DNA of 64,000 nucleotides from an uncultured virus (IMG/VR IMGVR_UViG_3300042544_003642) (Duplodnaviria; Heunggongvirae; Uroviricota; Caudoviricetes), in IMG/VR virus record IMGVR_UViG_3300042544_003642; one strand, 5' to 3'. Below are positions 1 to 9,852 of this stretch, piece after piece (the stretch's first letter is position 1; every line of letters begins with the position of its first letter). Both the position numbers and the translations under genes were made by a program. Under the pieces are notes generated by a model. It searched no databases, was not told where the DNA came from, and saw only the letters and a program-made list of their open reading frames with translations.

Positions 1-245
1 CACCTTCAAGTGTGGTGAGCTGGTTGTTGTGGCACAAGAAATCACCACCAACTGAAGTGGGTGCACCTTCAAGTGTGGTGAGCTGCTGGTCGCTGCACGA
101 GAAACTACCACCAACTGAAGTGGGTGCACCTTGGAGTGTGGTGAGCTGGTTGTTGTAGCACCAGAAATCACCACCAACTGAAATGGGCCCACCTTCAAGT
201 GTGGTGAGCTGGTTGTTGCCGCACTTGAAACTACCACCAACCTTA
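1..245. repeat. 63-nt tandem repeat encoding the 21-aa LRR-like unit
   Basis: caccttcaagtgtggtgagctg-like units start at 1, 64, 127, 190. Confidence 0.9.
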
Positions 246-391
246 TCAAAAGCAACAGGCAATCTCTTCAACTTCTTTTTAGGAGTTACCATACCTGTAC
301 AACTAACCAATCCCTTATCATCAATGGTTATTGAACCAGTTGTTTTGAAATATTTTTCCAACAAAGCCATTACTTCTTTTTTGTCTACCAT
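1..391 (-). CDS. LRR-like repeat protein, runs off the window; not in ORF track
   Basis: ATG at 391 overlaps the stop of 385..1029 (ATGGTAG). Reads MVDKKEVMALLEKYFKTTG... then LTTLEGAPTSVGGDFxCxNNQ repeats. Confidence 0.85.
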   Translation of the reverse strand, partial: MVDKKEVMALLEKYFKTTGSITIDDKGLVSCTGMVTPKKKLKRLPVAFDKVGGSFKCGNNQLTTLEGGPISVGGDFWCYNNQLTTLQGAPTSVGGSFSCSDQQLTTLEGAPTSVGGDFLCHNNQLTTLEG

Positions 392-1029
392 CTGGCATTT
401 CCTTCAAAGCCTGCATCTTCCAAGTCTTTTTGGCAGTCAAACATTGCTCGTTTGCCTTGCCCTGCGTATTTGTTCAAAATATCATGGCATTGAATTACTT
501 TGTCCCAACTTACCTTGGCTTGGCCTGGTGTGAAATCAACATGAAGTGCTACTAATGTTCGTAGCAGAGGCAAGTCTGGTTCGTAATCCAAACTCATGGT
601 ACCAGCAATGTGGTCAGGACAGCCTTCAAGGCTAGTGAGGGGATTTTTGAACACCATAAATGCACCGCCAACTTTTTTTGGCGCACCAATGAGATTGGTC
701 AGCTTACAACTATAGGCAGTGTAGTCTTCTCCCACCTCAATTGGTCCTCCCTTGAGACTTTCAAGGTTACTGTTGCGTGCCACAGAAAACACCCCAGTAA
801 CGCTTGTGGGCGCCCCTTCAAGACTTTTCAATCCCATACTGCTGACATTGAACATGCCTTTGACCTCGCCAAACCTTACATTGAATCCTGATGATCCCAT
901 AAGGAATTGTATATCTCCAGTGAGATTCAGCTTGTTTTCATCGTCAAAGCGTATTTGCCTAATACGCGAGGAATCATAATAGAGTTTGAATGTGTTCCAA
1001 ATCTCTTTTTGTTCAGTGGTTAAGGCCAT
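385..1029 (-). CDS. LRR-like repeat protein with conserved C-terminal ...DAGFEGNARW motif
   Basis: LxSLEGAP repeats; C-terminus KYAGQGKRAMFDCQKDLEDAGFEGNARW shared with the 32.6-38.6 kb array. Confidence 0.85.
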   Translation of the reverse strand: MALTTEQKEIWNTFKLYYDSSRIRQIRFDDENKLNLTGDIQFLMGSSGFNVRFGEVKGMFNVSSMGLKSLEGAPTSVTGVFSVARNSNLESLKGGPIEVGEDYTAYSCKLTNLIGAPKKVGGAFMVFKNPLTSLEGCPDHIAGTMSLDYEPDLPLLRTLVALHVDFTPGQAKVSWDKVIQCHDILNKYAGQGKRAMFDCQKDLEDAGFEGNARW

Positions 1030-1076
1030 AATGTTCTCAATCTCTAAAAACCTAAATAATATTTAGGAGAAATCAC

Positions 1077-1478
1077 ATGTTCGGATTTTTGTCAAATAAG
1101 TTGCTGCTGGTTGGAGTAGGTGCCTTTGTGCTGTTGTCTGGCACTTTTTACATTTATTTCAAACACACACAAACACAACTGCAAATCATGGCTGCTAATG
1201 TGGCCAAAGCTGAGATAGCTATTGACTTACAGAAACAAGCTATCACTCAACTAGAGAACTTTGCACAAGATCAAAAGATCTCCATGGAGATGATGCAAGG
1301 ACGAATGAGCAAAGCTGAAGCTGATAGAGCCAAACTAGCTAAAGCTATCAAAGACTTGAATATTGTAGGCAATGCCCAGGTTGATAGGAAACAACTTCAA
1401 ATCAACTTGAACAATCAATTGAATGAGTTGTTCAACTCAGCTGTTGAAGGGACAAAAAATGCGCCAACTACCCCTTAA
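1077..1478 (+). CDS. putative inner-membrane spanin (N-terminal TM + coiled coil)
   Basis: N-terminal hydrophobic helix and coiled coil; overlaps a downstream lipoprotein gene and lies next to a holin-like gene. Confidence 0.55.
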   Translation: MFGFLSNKLLLVGVGAFVLLSGTFYIYFKHTQTQLQIMAANVAKAEIAIDLQKQAITQLENFAQDQKISMEMMQGRMSKAEADRAKLAKAIKDLNIVGNAQVDRKQLQINLNNQLNELFNSAVEGTKNAPTTP

Positions 1479-1845
1479 ATTTATTACTGCTAGCTTACTT
1501 TGTTTGTCTCTAGTGTCTTGTGGACCAAATGTAAAAGAACTGGAGATCAAAACCAGCAACACAAAAATAACAGTGAGTGAACCTCCATCACCGCGAGAGT
1601 TGGTTATCAGCAACTTAAATGTGAATGTAGTTACAGCAGAAAATTTCAAAGAACTTGAGGCTCAGTTAAAAGCAGATCCCAAGAGTGTGTTCTTGGTAAT
1701 GACCCCATCTGATTATGAAAACCTAGCATCAAATATTGCAGAGATGCGTCGTTATATGCTGCAACAGGGCGCCATTGTGCAATACTATCGCGATATGGTA
1801 AAAACCATTACACAAGACACACCCACTCCAGAAAAGACAAAATGA
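1459..1845 (+). CDS. lipoprotein, putative outer-membrane spanin
   Basis: Signal peptide ending LVSC (lipobox-like); Pro-rich segment. Confidence 0.55.
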   Translation: MRQLPLKFITASLLCLSLVSCGPNVKELEIKTSNTKITVSEPPSPRELVISNLNVNVVTAENFKELEAQLKADPKSVFLVMTPSDYENLASNIAEMRRYMLQQGAIVQYYRDMVKTITQDTPTPEKTK

Positions 1846-2210
1846 GTAATACGCAAGAAAAGTGGTTTGTGAAGTATTGGCGCCCTGCTGCTGCATGGAT
1901 TTATTTGGCCATATGTGTATTTGATTTTGTAATCATGCCTGTATATGTTGCTAAAACTAATTTGAAATTGGAAGACGTAGTCAAAGTTTCCTCAACATTT
2001 GAAGGCAGTGAAAAACTGGGCGCACTAACACTCTTAATGAAAAAGAACACTTGGGAACCCTTGACTGTTATGGAATCCGGAATGTTCCACCTGAGTTTCG
2101 GCGCAATACTTGGAGTAGCTGCCTATACTAGGGGCAGAGTACAAGAGGCTCAAGTAAATCAACAAAGCACACGCCAGAGCGTTGACAATCCCAATTACTC
2201 TCCATCATAA
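1842..2210 (+). CDS. putative holin (3TM / GTA-holin-like)
   Basis: WRPAAAWIYLAICVFDF...FHLSFGAILGVAAYTRG pattern with hydrophobic helices. Confidence 0.55.
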   Translation: MSNTQEKWFVKYWRPAAAWIYLAICVFDFVIMPVYVAKTNLKLEDVVKVSSTFEGSEKLGALTLLMKKNTWEPLTVMESGMFHLSFGAILGVAAYTRGRVQEAQVNQQSTRQSVDNPNYSPS

Positions 2211-2604
2211 TCACTCAACATAGTGGCAACAAATGATGGTGTTGTGTCCATCCGCAAACGCTCACCGCGAAGGGTGGGAACCTGCGTATCAAGGTCTCTA
2301 GTTCAAAAAGCCTTGGCCACAAAATTGAACAAAAAGGATGAAAAACCTTGAGTTTTTCACCAACTTCTGCCATCAGTTCTGGTGGAGGTTGGGCTTGTTG
2401 GATAGGTATATCCAACATAACCGGGCAAAGGCATGATGTGCCTTGAGTGGTAGATCCTGCGCTGGAAATAGGTGCCCCGCCAGTGCTAGAGGGTCTGAAC
2501 TGAGACTGTGAAACCGGAATGAGGTTTTTTCCAACCATTCTCCCCGCAAGGGGAGAAATATGACCGATCCTCCAGAATGAGATGCGTCTTCCTGTAAATA
2601 CTGA

Positions 2605-3732
2605 ATGATGCAAACTAATGAAGCCCAAGATTGGGAACAGATAAAAGATCCAGCAAAAAGATGGCTTGGAAGATTCACATATATGAATCAAGGAAAGAAT
2701 CCCGAAAAGCACGTATTAGATACTCTCATCAAGAAATATCCCAACAAAGCTGGAGTCATATATCGAGGAATGAATTTCACTCGGGAAGAATCCTATACAG
2801 AGTTCATGGAACTGTTCAACAAGTCAAATGGCAAGTTAACGTTCAATGTGGTCACAAGCTGGAGTGGTGATCCCAGCACTGCTAACCAATTTGCATTGAC
2901 TCAACCCACTTATCAATTGAATCCTGCTGTGTTAGCCGCTCATGACCAACAAATGAAACGTCGAGAAAGGCTTAGTGGTTACAGAGGAGTAATTTTGAAA
3001 ACCACTGTCTCTGCTGGAGTGGGCATTGATGTTGACGCCACTGGGGTTGGACATGAGAGTGAAATTGTGTTACCTCCTGGCACTTATCAAACAGAGATTT
3101 ACCAAGAAGTAAAACAATACAAACACAGTCTTGAGGATGGCGACACCTCAGTTGATGATGTGATTTTGAAAACAACAGCAGAGAGCTTACGCAGCCGATC
3201 TACAGAGCACAGCTTCTTTGACTATGTGATACATCATCATGGCCAGGAATTGAGTCCAAAAGCACAGCAGCATTTGTTGAAATTGTTTGGTCCTCAAACT
3301 GGTATACCTTTGTTCAAGAGTTCTGTTGATCAGCATACAAATTACTTTACCAAAAAACCTGAGGTGACGTTTGACTATCACATACCAAACATACGGCTGT
3401 TTGAGTTGGCAGAAAAAGGAATTTTCACTCCTGAAGTAACAAATAAGATCAGATTGTTGGGTAAAAAAATCATTAGTCAAGCACTGCCTGTAATAGAGAG
3501 TGTTATAGTTGATGCCACTTATTTCAACCCAGCACAGTTGGGTCTGGTGAGTAGGATTAGTCAGGACAACCGAGTGATTGATGCTATAAGAAAAGCCATT
3601 AAGCCAGCAGTAGCCCAATTGAATCAAAAAGTTCAGGACATCAACAAAATACAAGATCCAAAAGAGAAAAGGCAGGCCATTGAGCATTACAAGGATGAGA
3701 TGGTGCGCCTGTTAAGCAGATTGGGCATATAG
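2605..3732 (+). CDS. ADP-ribosyltransferase-like protein (R-S-E type)
   Basis: IYRG, TSWS and ESEIVLP motifs. Confidence 0.6.
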   Translation: MMQTNEAQDWEQIKDPAKRWLGRFTYMNQGKNPEKHVLDTLIKKYPNKAGVIYRGMNFTREESYTEFMELFNKSNGKLTFNVVTSWSGDPSTANQFALTQPTYQLNPAVLAAHDQQMKRRERLSGYRGVILKTTVSAGVGIDVDATGVGHESEIVLPPGTYQTEIYQEVKQYKHSLEDGDTSVDDVILKTTAESLRSRSTEHSFFDYVIHHHGQELSPKAQQHLLKLFGPQTGIPLFKSSVDQHTNYFTKKPEVTFDYHIPNIRLFELAEKGIFTPEVTNKIRLLGKKIISQALPVIESVIVDATYFNPAQLGLVSRISQDNRVIDAIRKAIKPAVAQLNQKVQDINKIQDPKEKRQAIEHYKDEMVRLLSRLGI

Positions 3733-3761
3733 TAAATACGTCTATATAACGAAGATCAAGC

Positions 3762-3917
3762 ATGATTACAGGCACACGCAAACTCATCAGCAAGGAAATC
3801 CAACAGGATGCTGATGTTTATGTTGGATCCACTGGGGAAGTTTGGTTCCAAGAAGGCACCCAAACATTACGCTTTGGTGACGATGAAACCCCTGGTGGCA
3901 TACCACATCACAACTGA
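3762..3917 (+). CDS. 51-aa fibre N-terminal-like fragment (GEVW...LRFGDDETPGG); not in ORF track
   Basis: MITGTRKLISKEIQQDADVYVGSTGEVWFQEGTQTLRFGDDETPGGIPHHN*, preceded by TAAATA. Confidence 0.45.
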   Translation: MITGTRKLISKEIQQDADVYVGSTGEVWFQEGTQTLRFGDDETPGGIPHHN

Positions 3918-4071
3918 CAACAGCACCAACAACTGGATTTTTGCTGTGGTCTACTGGGGAGAAGGGTGGCACAACAATCATCATGCCAATCCTAAAAAAT
4001 GGAATTTTGGTGAACGCTGGTGGGAAATTGATGTGTCGGGGTGTATTATACGCCTTGTACAAAAAAGTTGA
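3900..4071 (+). pseudogene. C-terminal fragment of a fatty-acid desaturase
   Basis: GEGWHNNHHANP...WWEIDV (third His box) without the N-terminal His boxes. Confidence 0.65.
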
Positions 4072-4150
4072 CATAATCCCCATGTCTTGCTATATAAGAG
4101 AATAGCCAAAAGGATAGACCTTGCGGCAGATTGAGCAAAGGATTTTTGCG

Positions 4151-5221
4151 ATGAACAAAGCTGACCTAGGAATCTTTATCGGAAGGTTTTCTCCTTACCA
4201 TTCAGGTCACCACCATGTGGTAACTGAAGCACTCAAGCACGCAGACAATTTGGTGATTTTGGTGGGCAGTGCCCGCAGTCCGCGCAGTTATCGTGTGCCG
4301 TTTACCTTTCAAGAACGGCGGGACATGATTGAAGGCAGCCTGCCTGCCGAGCTGAAAAACAGAGTGCGAGTTCTGCCTCTAGAGGACGCCACCTACAACG
4401 ACAGCAAGTGGATCCACAATGTGCAGACGCTGGCTGCCCAAGGGGCGACGCTTTTTGGGCTTGACCCAGCCAAAGCCAAGATCACACTAGTGGGCCACAG
4501 CCGAGACAACACCAGCTATTACCTGAAACTGTTTCCTCAATGGAGCAATGTGGAGGTCAGCAGCTTCCGCGACATCAGCGGTACCAACATTCGCAACAGC
4601 TACTTCAGCAACATGGGCCACATGTGGGTGAGAGATGCAGATGGCCACCAAGCAGGTGACCTGCCTCAGGATGCAGTGGTGACACCCTATGTGCAGAAGT
4701 TTCTCAGCAGTTTCCTTGATACTCCCAACCACAAGCTGATCCGTGACGAGTATGAGTTTGTGCTGAAGTACAAAAGCAGTTGGGCGGCTGCGCCTTACCC
4801 TGTGAATCTAGTGTGCGTAGACGCTGTGGTGATCAAAAGCGGACATGTGCTAATGGTGGAACGTGGAGCAATGCCAGGGAAAGGCCAGCTTGCACTTCCT
4901 GGTGGATACCTAGATGTAACTGAGCGAGTAGTTGACGGGATGATCCGTGAGCTGCGTGAGGAAACTCGGTTGAAAGTCCCAGCTCCGGTGCTTAAAGGCA
5001 GCATTGTCAAGAAGGAAGTTTTTGACGATCCTAATCGCAGCAGCCGAGGTCGAGTGCTCACAGTAGCTTATCTCATTGATCTTGGCACAGGTCCACTTGA
5101 CACAGTCAAGGGCGGAGATGATGCGGCCTCAGCCAAATGGGTAGCCCTTAAAGATCTTCGGCCAGAAATCTGTTTTGAGGACCACTATCATTTAATCTCT
5201 GTACTAGTCGGGGCAATTTAG
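4151..5221 (+). CDS. nadM: bifunctional NMN adenylyltransferase / Nudix ADP-ribose pyrophosphatase (NadM-Nudix)
   Basis: GRFSPYHSGH, SGTNIR, Nudix box GG...RELREET. Confidence 0.92.
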   Translation: MNKADLGIFIGRFSPYHSGHHHVVTEALKHADNLVILVGSARSPRSYRVPFTFQERRDMIEGSLPAELKNRVRVLPLEDATYNDSKWIHNVQTLAAQGATLFGLDPAKAKITLVGHSRDNTSYYLKLFPQWSNVEVSSFRDISGTNIRNSYFSNMGHMWVRDADGHQAGDLPQDAVVTPYVQKFLSSFLDTPNHKLIRDEYEFVLKYKSSWAAAPYPVNLVCVDAVVIKSGHVLMVERGAMPGKGQLALPGGYLDVTERVVDGMIRELREETRLKVPAPVLKGSIVKKEVFDDPNRSSRGRVLTVAYLIDLGTGPLDTVKGGDDAASAKWVALKDLRPEICFEDHYHLISVLVGAI

Positions 5222-5533
5222 GAAAAAGGTAATGATGACGCGCATCAAGATTGAAACTTGCACCACCATCAGTAATGTGGACCCCAGCAGTCTCGAGCAG
5301 TTGAAACAAACTCTCCGTATCTCACAGAAGCAGGGGTTGATTAGGCCCACAGGTGATCCCAGTATTGATGCGCCCATCACGGAACAAGAAAATGACAAAG
5401 AAAACAAAAAAGAAGATCCCAACAATTGAAGCCGCTCTAGCGGAATGTTTGGTGCAACAGGCTGGCGAGCTGTGGCAACCTGCTGAGCCAAGCCTGTTGG
5501 AACAACTGCTCCGTTACCGCGAAAGGACAGACA

Positions 5534-5854
5534 GTGAGTGACACTCCCCAGTTCACAGAAGTTGATCTCAGCAAAACCACACGGCATGGCAGTGATGAGC
5601 TAACAGTGGGACCAACCTATATCTGCTTGATTCACGGCAGCTATTTCATAGGCACATTCGGCAAGGTATGGTTTGGCTTGAACTTCAATGGTTGGCATGG
5701 CTGCGGCTTGCAATACGATCCACCGGGCACTAACTCTAGCCGTTGGCAGCGGGTGTGGCGGTTTGACAATGCAGAACTCATCAAACAAACTGAATCAGTT
5801 GTTGATGCATTGTTGAAAGGCACACCTAATGGGACACTACGACGAACAACGTGA
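5534..5854 (+). CDS. hypothetical protein
   Basis: ORF with SD in an operon-like arrangement. Confidence 0.5.
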   Translation: MSDTPQFTEVDLSKTTRHGSDELTVGPTYICLIHGSYFIGTFGKVWFGLNFNGWHGCGLQYDPPGTNSSRWQRVWRFDNAELIKQTESVVDALLKGTPNGTLRRTT

Positions 5855-6056
5855 TTTTGACGACTATCAGCAAAGTCTACGGCGAGATAAACAGTTGATT
5901 GAAGATGTGAAAAGTGGCAAATTTGGGGTGCTCTTGCATGCTGCTGACATTGCCAACAGCAATACAGTGATGGTGAACTGTGGCACATTTGCACGCATGA
6001 TCAGCATCATCTCACGACTTGACCCGAAAACCTACACATACCCCTGGGAACGATAA
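5829..6056 (+). CDS. hypothetical protein
   Basis: Overlapping operon ORF. Confidence 0.5.
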   Translation: MGHYDEQRDFDDYQQSLRRDKQLIEDVKSGKFGVLLHAADIANSNTVMVNCGTFARMISIISRLDPKTYTYPWER

Positions 6057-6066
6057 GGAAATTTCA

Positions 6067-6624
6067 ATGGTTATGACTGCACGAGCCTACCGGCATTTAC
6101 GCGATCTCATCTCGGAAAAAAGTTTGATTCAAGATCAAAACTTCACTCTCAGCAGTGGAGCAGCCAGCAACTACTTCTTCAACATGAAGATCTCCATGTT
6201 GGATCCCATGGGCAGCAATCTCATTGCTGATGCTATGCTGGATATTCTCGATACATTGGATTTTGACAGCGTAGGAGGGATGGCTGTGGGCAGCGTTCCG
6301 TTGGTTACCAGCATTGCCACCAAAAGCTACCTACGCAGTCGCCATTATCCAGCTTTCTTTGTGCGAAAAGAAGTGAAAGATCACGGCGTGCAAACAAAGA
6401 TTGATGGCCACTGCACTCCGGGTAGCCGAGTGGTGCTGGTGGAAGATGTGACTACTACTGGAGGCAGCATCATGCGGGCTGTTGAGGCTGTGCGGGAGAT
6501 TGGTTGCCAAGTGGACACAGTGCTCACAGTCGTTGACCGACTGGAAGGTGCGCGAGAGAATCTATCAGCAGAAAAGATTCGCTTGATCCCCCTCTACACA
6601 CGAGTTGATTTTGAGGATTCATAA
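6067..6624 (+). CDS. pyrE: orotate phosphoribosyltransferase
   Basis: FTLSSG, VRKEVKDHG, VEDVTTTGGS PRPP-binding motif. Confidence 0.92.
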   Translation: MVMTARAYRHLRDLISEKSLIQDQNFTLSSGAASNYFFNMKISMLDPMGSNLIADAMLDILDTLDFDSVGGMAVGSVPLVTSIATKSYLRSRHYPAFFVRKEVKDHGVQTKIDGHCTPGSRVVLVEDVTTTGGSIMRAVEAVREIGCQVDTVLTVVDRLEGARENLSAEKIRLIPLYTRVDFEDS

Positions 6625-6627
6625 ATT

Positions 6628-7359
6628 ATGATTATAATTCCTGACTCTCCCATTGCAGTTACACATCTAAAAAGGCCTATTATTCTCCCAGGAACTCCTT
6701 TACCAGATTATGTGGTGGAGAAAATACTCGCAAGTGAACAAGTTATTGACGATGATGACTCCTCCTTTGAAACAATGTTTTCTGGGGCAAAACCAATTGA
6801 TTCGTCCGGCTTTACTGGGGCAGTGACTCAGTGGGTTGAAGGAGAACTTGGAAGTTTAGGGTATCCTATAAATCACAGCAGAGGGATTGACGTACCGCCC
6901 TACAGTATCGAGATCAGAACTCGCAGAAAACACGCTACAGCTCCACAAACTTTTGGGTCTCTCAAACTATCAGATATAATTCAAAACTCATGGCTTACAT
7001 CTGATATCAAAACAAAGTGTCAACTCCACTATCAAGTGATGTGGGATGCGCAACACATGGTTGTTTGTGACGATCAAATCGTGGATTTCCGACATCCTTG
7101 GAGACAAGAGGCGTTACAAAAAGCTTTTGATAATGCTAGGGATGAGCTGATTGCATACTATTCTAGGCCCAATATTACAGTGCCTTTGAAATTCACTTCG
7201 ACTGCTGGCGGAATTTATCTTGAAAGAACTTCAAGGAAGAACAGCAAAAAAAGCTGGTTCTCAGCATTTTACCAGTTTCGAGTACGAAACAATTTGATGG
7301 AAAAATGGCATATAGCGGGCAGGAAAAACTCATACGATGAGCTGTTTTCAAAAATTTAA
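6628..7359 (+). CDS. possible PD-(D/E)xK nuclease-like protein
   Basis: VEGEL...GID...IEIRTR spacing resembles restriction-nuclease cores. Confidence 0.35.
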   Translation: MIIIPDSPIAVTHLKRPIILPGTPLPDYVVEKILASEQVIDDDDSSFETMFSGAKPIDSSGFTGAVTQWVEGELGSLGYPINHSRGIDVPPYSIEIRTRRKHATAPQTFGSLKLSDIIQNSWLTSDIKTKCQLHYQVMWDAQHMVVCDDQIVDFRHPWRQEALQKAFDNARDELIAYYSRPNITVPLKFTSTAGGIYLERTSRKNSKKSWFSAFYQFRVRNNLMEKWHIAGRKNSYDELFSKI

Positions 7360-7449
7360 AAGTTGACGTAATTGGGCATCTAGCCTATAAATATGACACA
7401 GGAAAAGGATAGACCTTTTCCTTCACATACTGAACAAGGGAGACTTGTT

Positions 7450-8859
7450 ATGTTCAATTACGATAGCGTCATTCTTGACGTCGACAGCTACAAATTCAGC
7501 CATCCGTGGCAACTTCCCCCAAACACCACACACATTCACAGCTACGTAGAAAGTCGCGGCGGACGCTTCCCTCGCACACTGTTTTACGGGCTCCAAATGT
7601 GGCTCAAGCGTCGGCTGGTGACTCCAGTGACCATGAGCGACGTGGACGAGGCTGCTGGATTGGCAGCCGCACACATGGTGCCTTTCCATCGGGAAGGCTG
7701 GGAATACATTGTGCGTGAGCACCAGGGCCGGTTGCCAGTAGAGATTCGAGCAGTGCCCGAAGGCATGGTGATCCCCACTCACAACGTGCTAGCCACTGTG
7801 GTGAACACCGATCCCAATGTGCCCTGGCTCACTAGCTTCCTAGAGACAGCTCTACTCCGTGCTGTTTGGTACCCCACCACAGTGGCCACACTCAGCTGGC
7901 ATGCCAAGCAGACCATTCGAGCTGCACTGGGGAAGAGCAGCGACAACCCCGAAGGCGAGCTTCTGTTTCGACTGCACGACTTTGGCGCTCGTGGCGTCAG
8001 CAGCGATGAAAGCGCTCAGCTGGGTGGCAGTGCTCACCTAGTGAACTTCCGAGGCACCGACACTGTTGCAGCCCTCCTTGCAGCCCGACGCTACTACACC
8101 GAGGCCATGGCAGGGTTTAGCATTCCGGCAGCAGAGCACAGCACCATCACCAGTTGGGGTCGCGATGGCGAAGCTGAGGCCTATGGCAACATGCTCAAGC
8201 AGTTTGCCCGGCCAGGCAGCATCCTTGCAGTGGTGAGCGACAGCTACGACATCATGAACGCGGTCAACCACATCTGGGGCGAAACACTGCGAGACCGTGT
8301 GCTAGACAGTGGGGCCACCCTTGTGATTCGTCCCGACAGCGGTGATCCAGTTGTGGTGCCAGTTGATGTGGTTGAGGCACTTGGTGAGCGGTTTGGCTAC
8401 ACCGTCAACAGCAAGGGCTACAAGGTGCTGAACAAGAGTGTGCGTGTGATCCAGGGCGATGGCATGAACATTGACAGCATCAAAACCCTGTATGACAACC
8501 TCACAGCACGCGGCTGGAGTGCAGAAAACGTGGCTGTGGGCATGGGCGGCCAACTCTTGCAAGGTATTACTCGCGACACCAATCGATTTGCGATGAAAGC
8601 TTCAGCTGCCTGTATTGATGGGGAATGGCGCGAGGTATATAAGGATCCTATTACAGACAAAGGAAAAACATCCAAGAAAGGTAAAGTTACCCTTTGGCAG
8701 TCAGGTAACCAATTTCAAACAAGCGTTAACACTCCTCTACGCGGTCTTGAGAATGGTGTGGTGTGGACCGACGTTCTGCAGACAGTCTACCGGAATGGAC
8801 GCCTTCTCATTGATCAATCATTCCAGGACATTAGAGATCGATCTGAGAAAGTCTTTTAA
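7450..8859 (+). CDS. nadV: nicotinamide phosphoribosyltransferase (NAMPT)
   Basis: DSYKFSH, LHDFGARG, SIPAAEHS, VVSDSYD, IRPDSGDP. Confidence 0.95.
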   Translation: MFNYDSVILDVDSYKFSHPWQLPPNTTHIHSYVESRGGRFPRTLFYGLQMWLKRRLVTPVTMSDVDEAAGLAAAHMVPFHREGWEYIVREHQGRLPVEIRAVPEGMVIPTHNVLATVVNTDPNVPWLTSFLETALLRAVWYPTTVATLSWHAKQTIRAALGKSSDNPEGELLFRLHDFGARGVSSDESAQLGGSAHLVNFRGTDTVAALLAARRYYTEAMAGFSIPAAEHSTITSWGRDGEAEAYGNMLKQFARPGSILAVVSDSYDIMNAVNHIWGETLRDRVLDSGATLVIRPDSGDPVVVPVDVVEALGERFGYTVNSKGYKVLNKSVRVIQGDGMNIDSIKTLYDNLTARGWSAENVAVGMGGQLLQGITRDTNRFAMKASAACIDGEWREVYKDPITDKGKTSKKGKVTLWQSGNQFQTSVNTPLRGLENGVVWTDVLQTVYRNGRLLIDQSFQDIRDRSEKVF

Positions 8860-9852
8860 TAAGACTGTCTCGTCATCGATAACAAGATACACGTCGTAGC
8901 CAGCTCTTTGCGCAGCAAAGAGCTTGGCTATATTTTGTTCTAAGAATGAATTTTTGGGACCAAACAATGTGTATTTTGACTTGACCTCAAAGATTTTGTG
9001 TTCAATCCGGAAATCTGCAAAAAAGGTTTTTTCCTTACCGTGAAACGTGTATTTGATCATTGGTCCTCTTGTGACATTCTCTATGATTCCTACAGCTTTT
9101 GCCCGTTCCAAAAAACGCCGTTCATTTGAGTATTGCCAAAATATGCCTTCTATGAAGCCTGAATTTTTAGAGTTGGATTTCCAGTGTGCTCGCTCAAACC
9201 CATTTAAGCCAAGTTCATCAATGTTCTGGGATTTGGTTTCTACCATAATACTGGCACGTCGCATAGCCTCTGTTTCACCGGTGGCTGGATTAATTACAGT
9301 ATTCATAGATTTCTGATTTTTTTCGCTTATCTTTGTGATCCATTTTTGTCCTTCTTCTGATTTAAGCCATTGTTGGTATTTTTTAGCTGTTAGCTTATGG
9401 ACATTTAATCCAGTATCGTTGTCAATTTTATTTCTTTTGATGTTGGCTACTTTTTCAGCATTTCTTTGGTGAGCGTTATTGCCATAGACATCAATATCAG
9501 ATGCTTTTGTTTTGGCTGCTTTCTGTGATGCAAGAGTCCCCAAAGTAACTCCTGGAGCTACCTCAATAAATTTTGACTTTCTGATTTTCTGTCCGGCTTG
9601 TATCCTTATATGTTCACAATTGGCACTGTTGCGATTACAACAATATTTGCTGTTACGGAATTTCCATTTGGCTGTTTTGTTGCACCCGTAATCACATAAA
9701 TGATCACCATCATACTCAATGGGTTGAATTTTCTTTTTTTGAGGCTTTCCTTTTGTAGAACAAGCGGGACATTTTGCTGGATTTTGATGACATAGGTGTT
9801 TGCCATCCTTAGTTGTATATGTAGCAGGCCCCCCGCATCGGTGGCAATTCAT
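8818..9852 (-). CDS. putative free-standing homing endonuclease (Cys/Zn-rich N-terminus, PD-(D/E)xK C-terminus)
   Basis: CxxC and CDYGC motifs; E...ADF...FEVKS; TATAAATA (9873-9880, minus strand) and AAGGAG upstream. Confidence 0.65.
   Translation of the reverse strand: MNCHRCGGPATYTTKDGKHLCHQNPAKCPACSTKGKPQKKKIQPIEYDGDHLCDYGCNKTAKWKFRNSKYCCNRNSANCEHIRIQAGQKIRKSKFIEVAPGVTLGTLASQKAAKTKASDIDVYGNNAHQRNAEKVANIKRNKIDNDTGLNVHKLTAKKYQQWLKSEEGQKWITKISEKNQKSMNTVINPATGETEAMRRASIMVETKSQNIDELGLNGFERAHWKSNSKNSGFIEGIFWQYSNERRFLERAKAVGIIENVTRGPMIKYTFHGKEKTFFADFRIEHKIFEVKSKYTLFGPKNSFLEQNIAKLFAAQRAGYDVYLVIDDETVLLKDFLRSISNVLE

Noticed and set aside
1..245. Regular direct repeats resembling a CRISPR array
   Set aside because: 63-nt period with no unique spacers; encodes in-frame LRR-like units on the minus strand.
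2215..2712. 165-aa minus-strand ORF
   Set aside because: No motif, overlaps the ART-like gene start; coding status unsupported.
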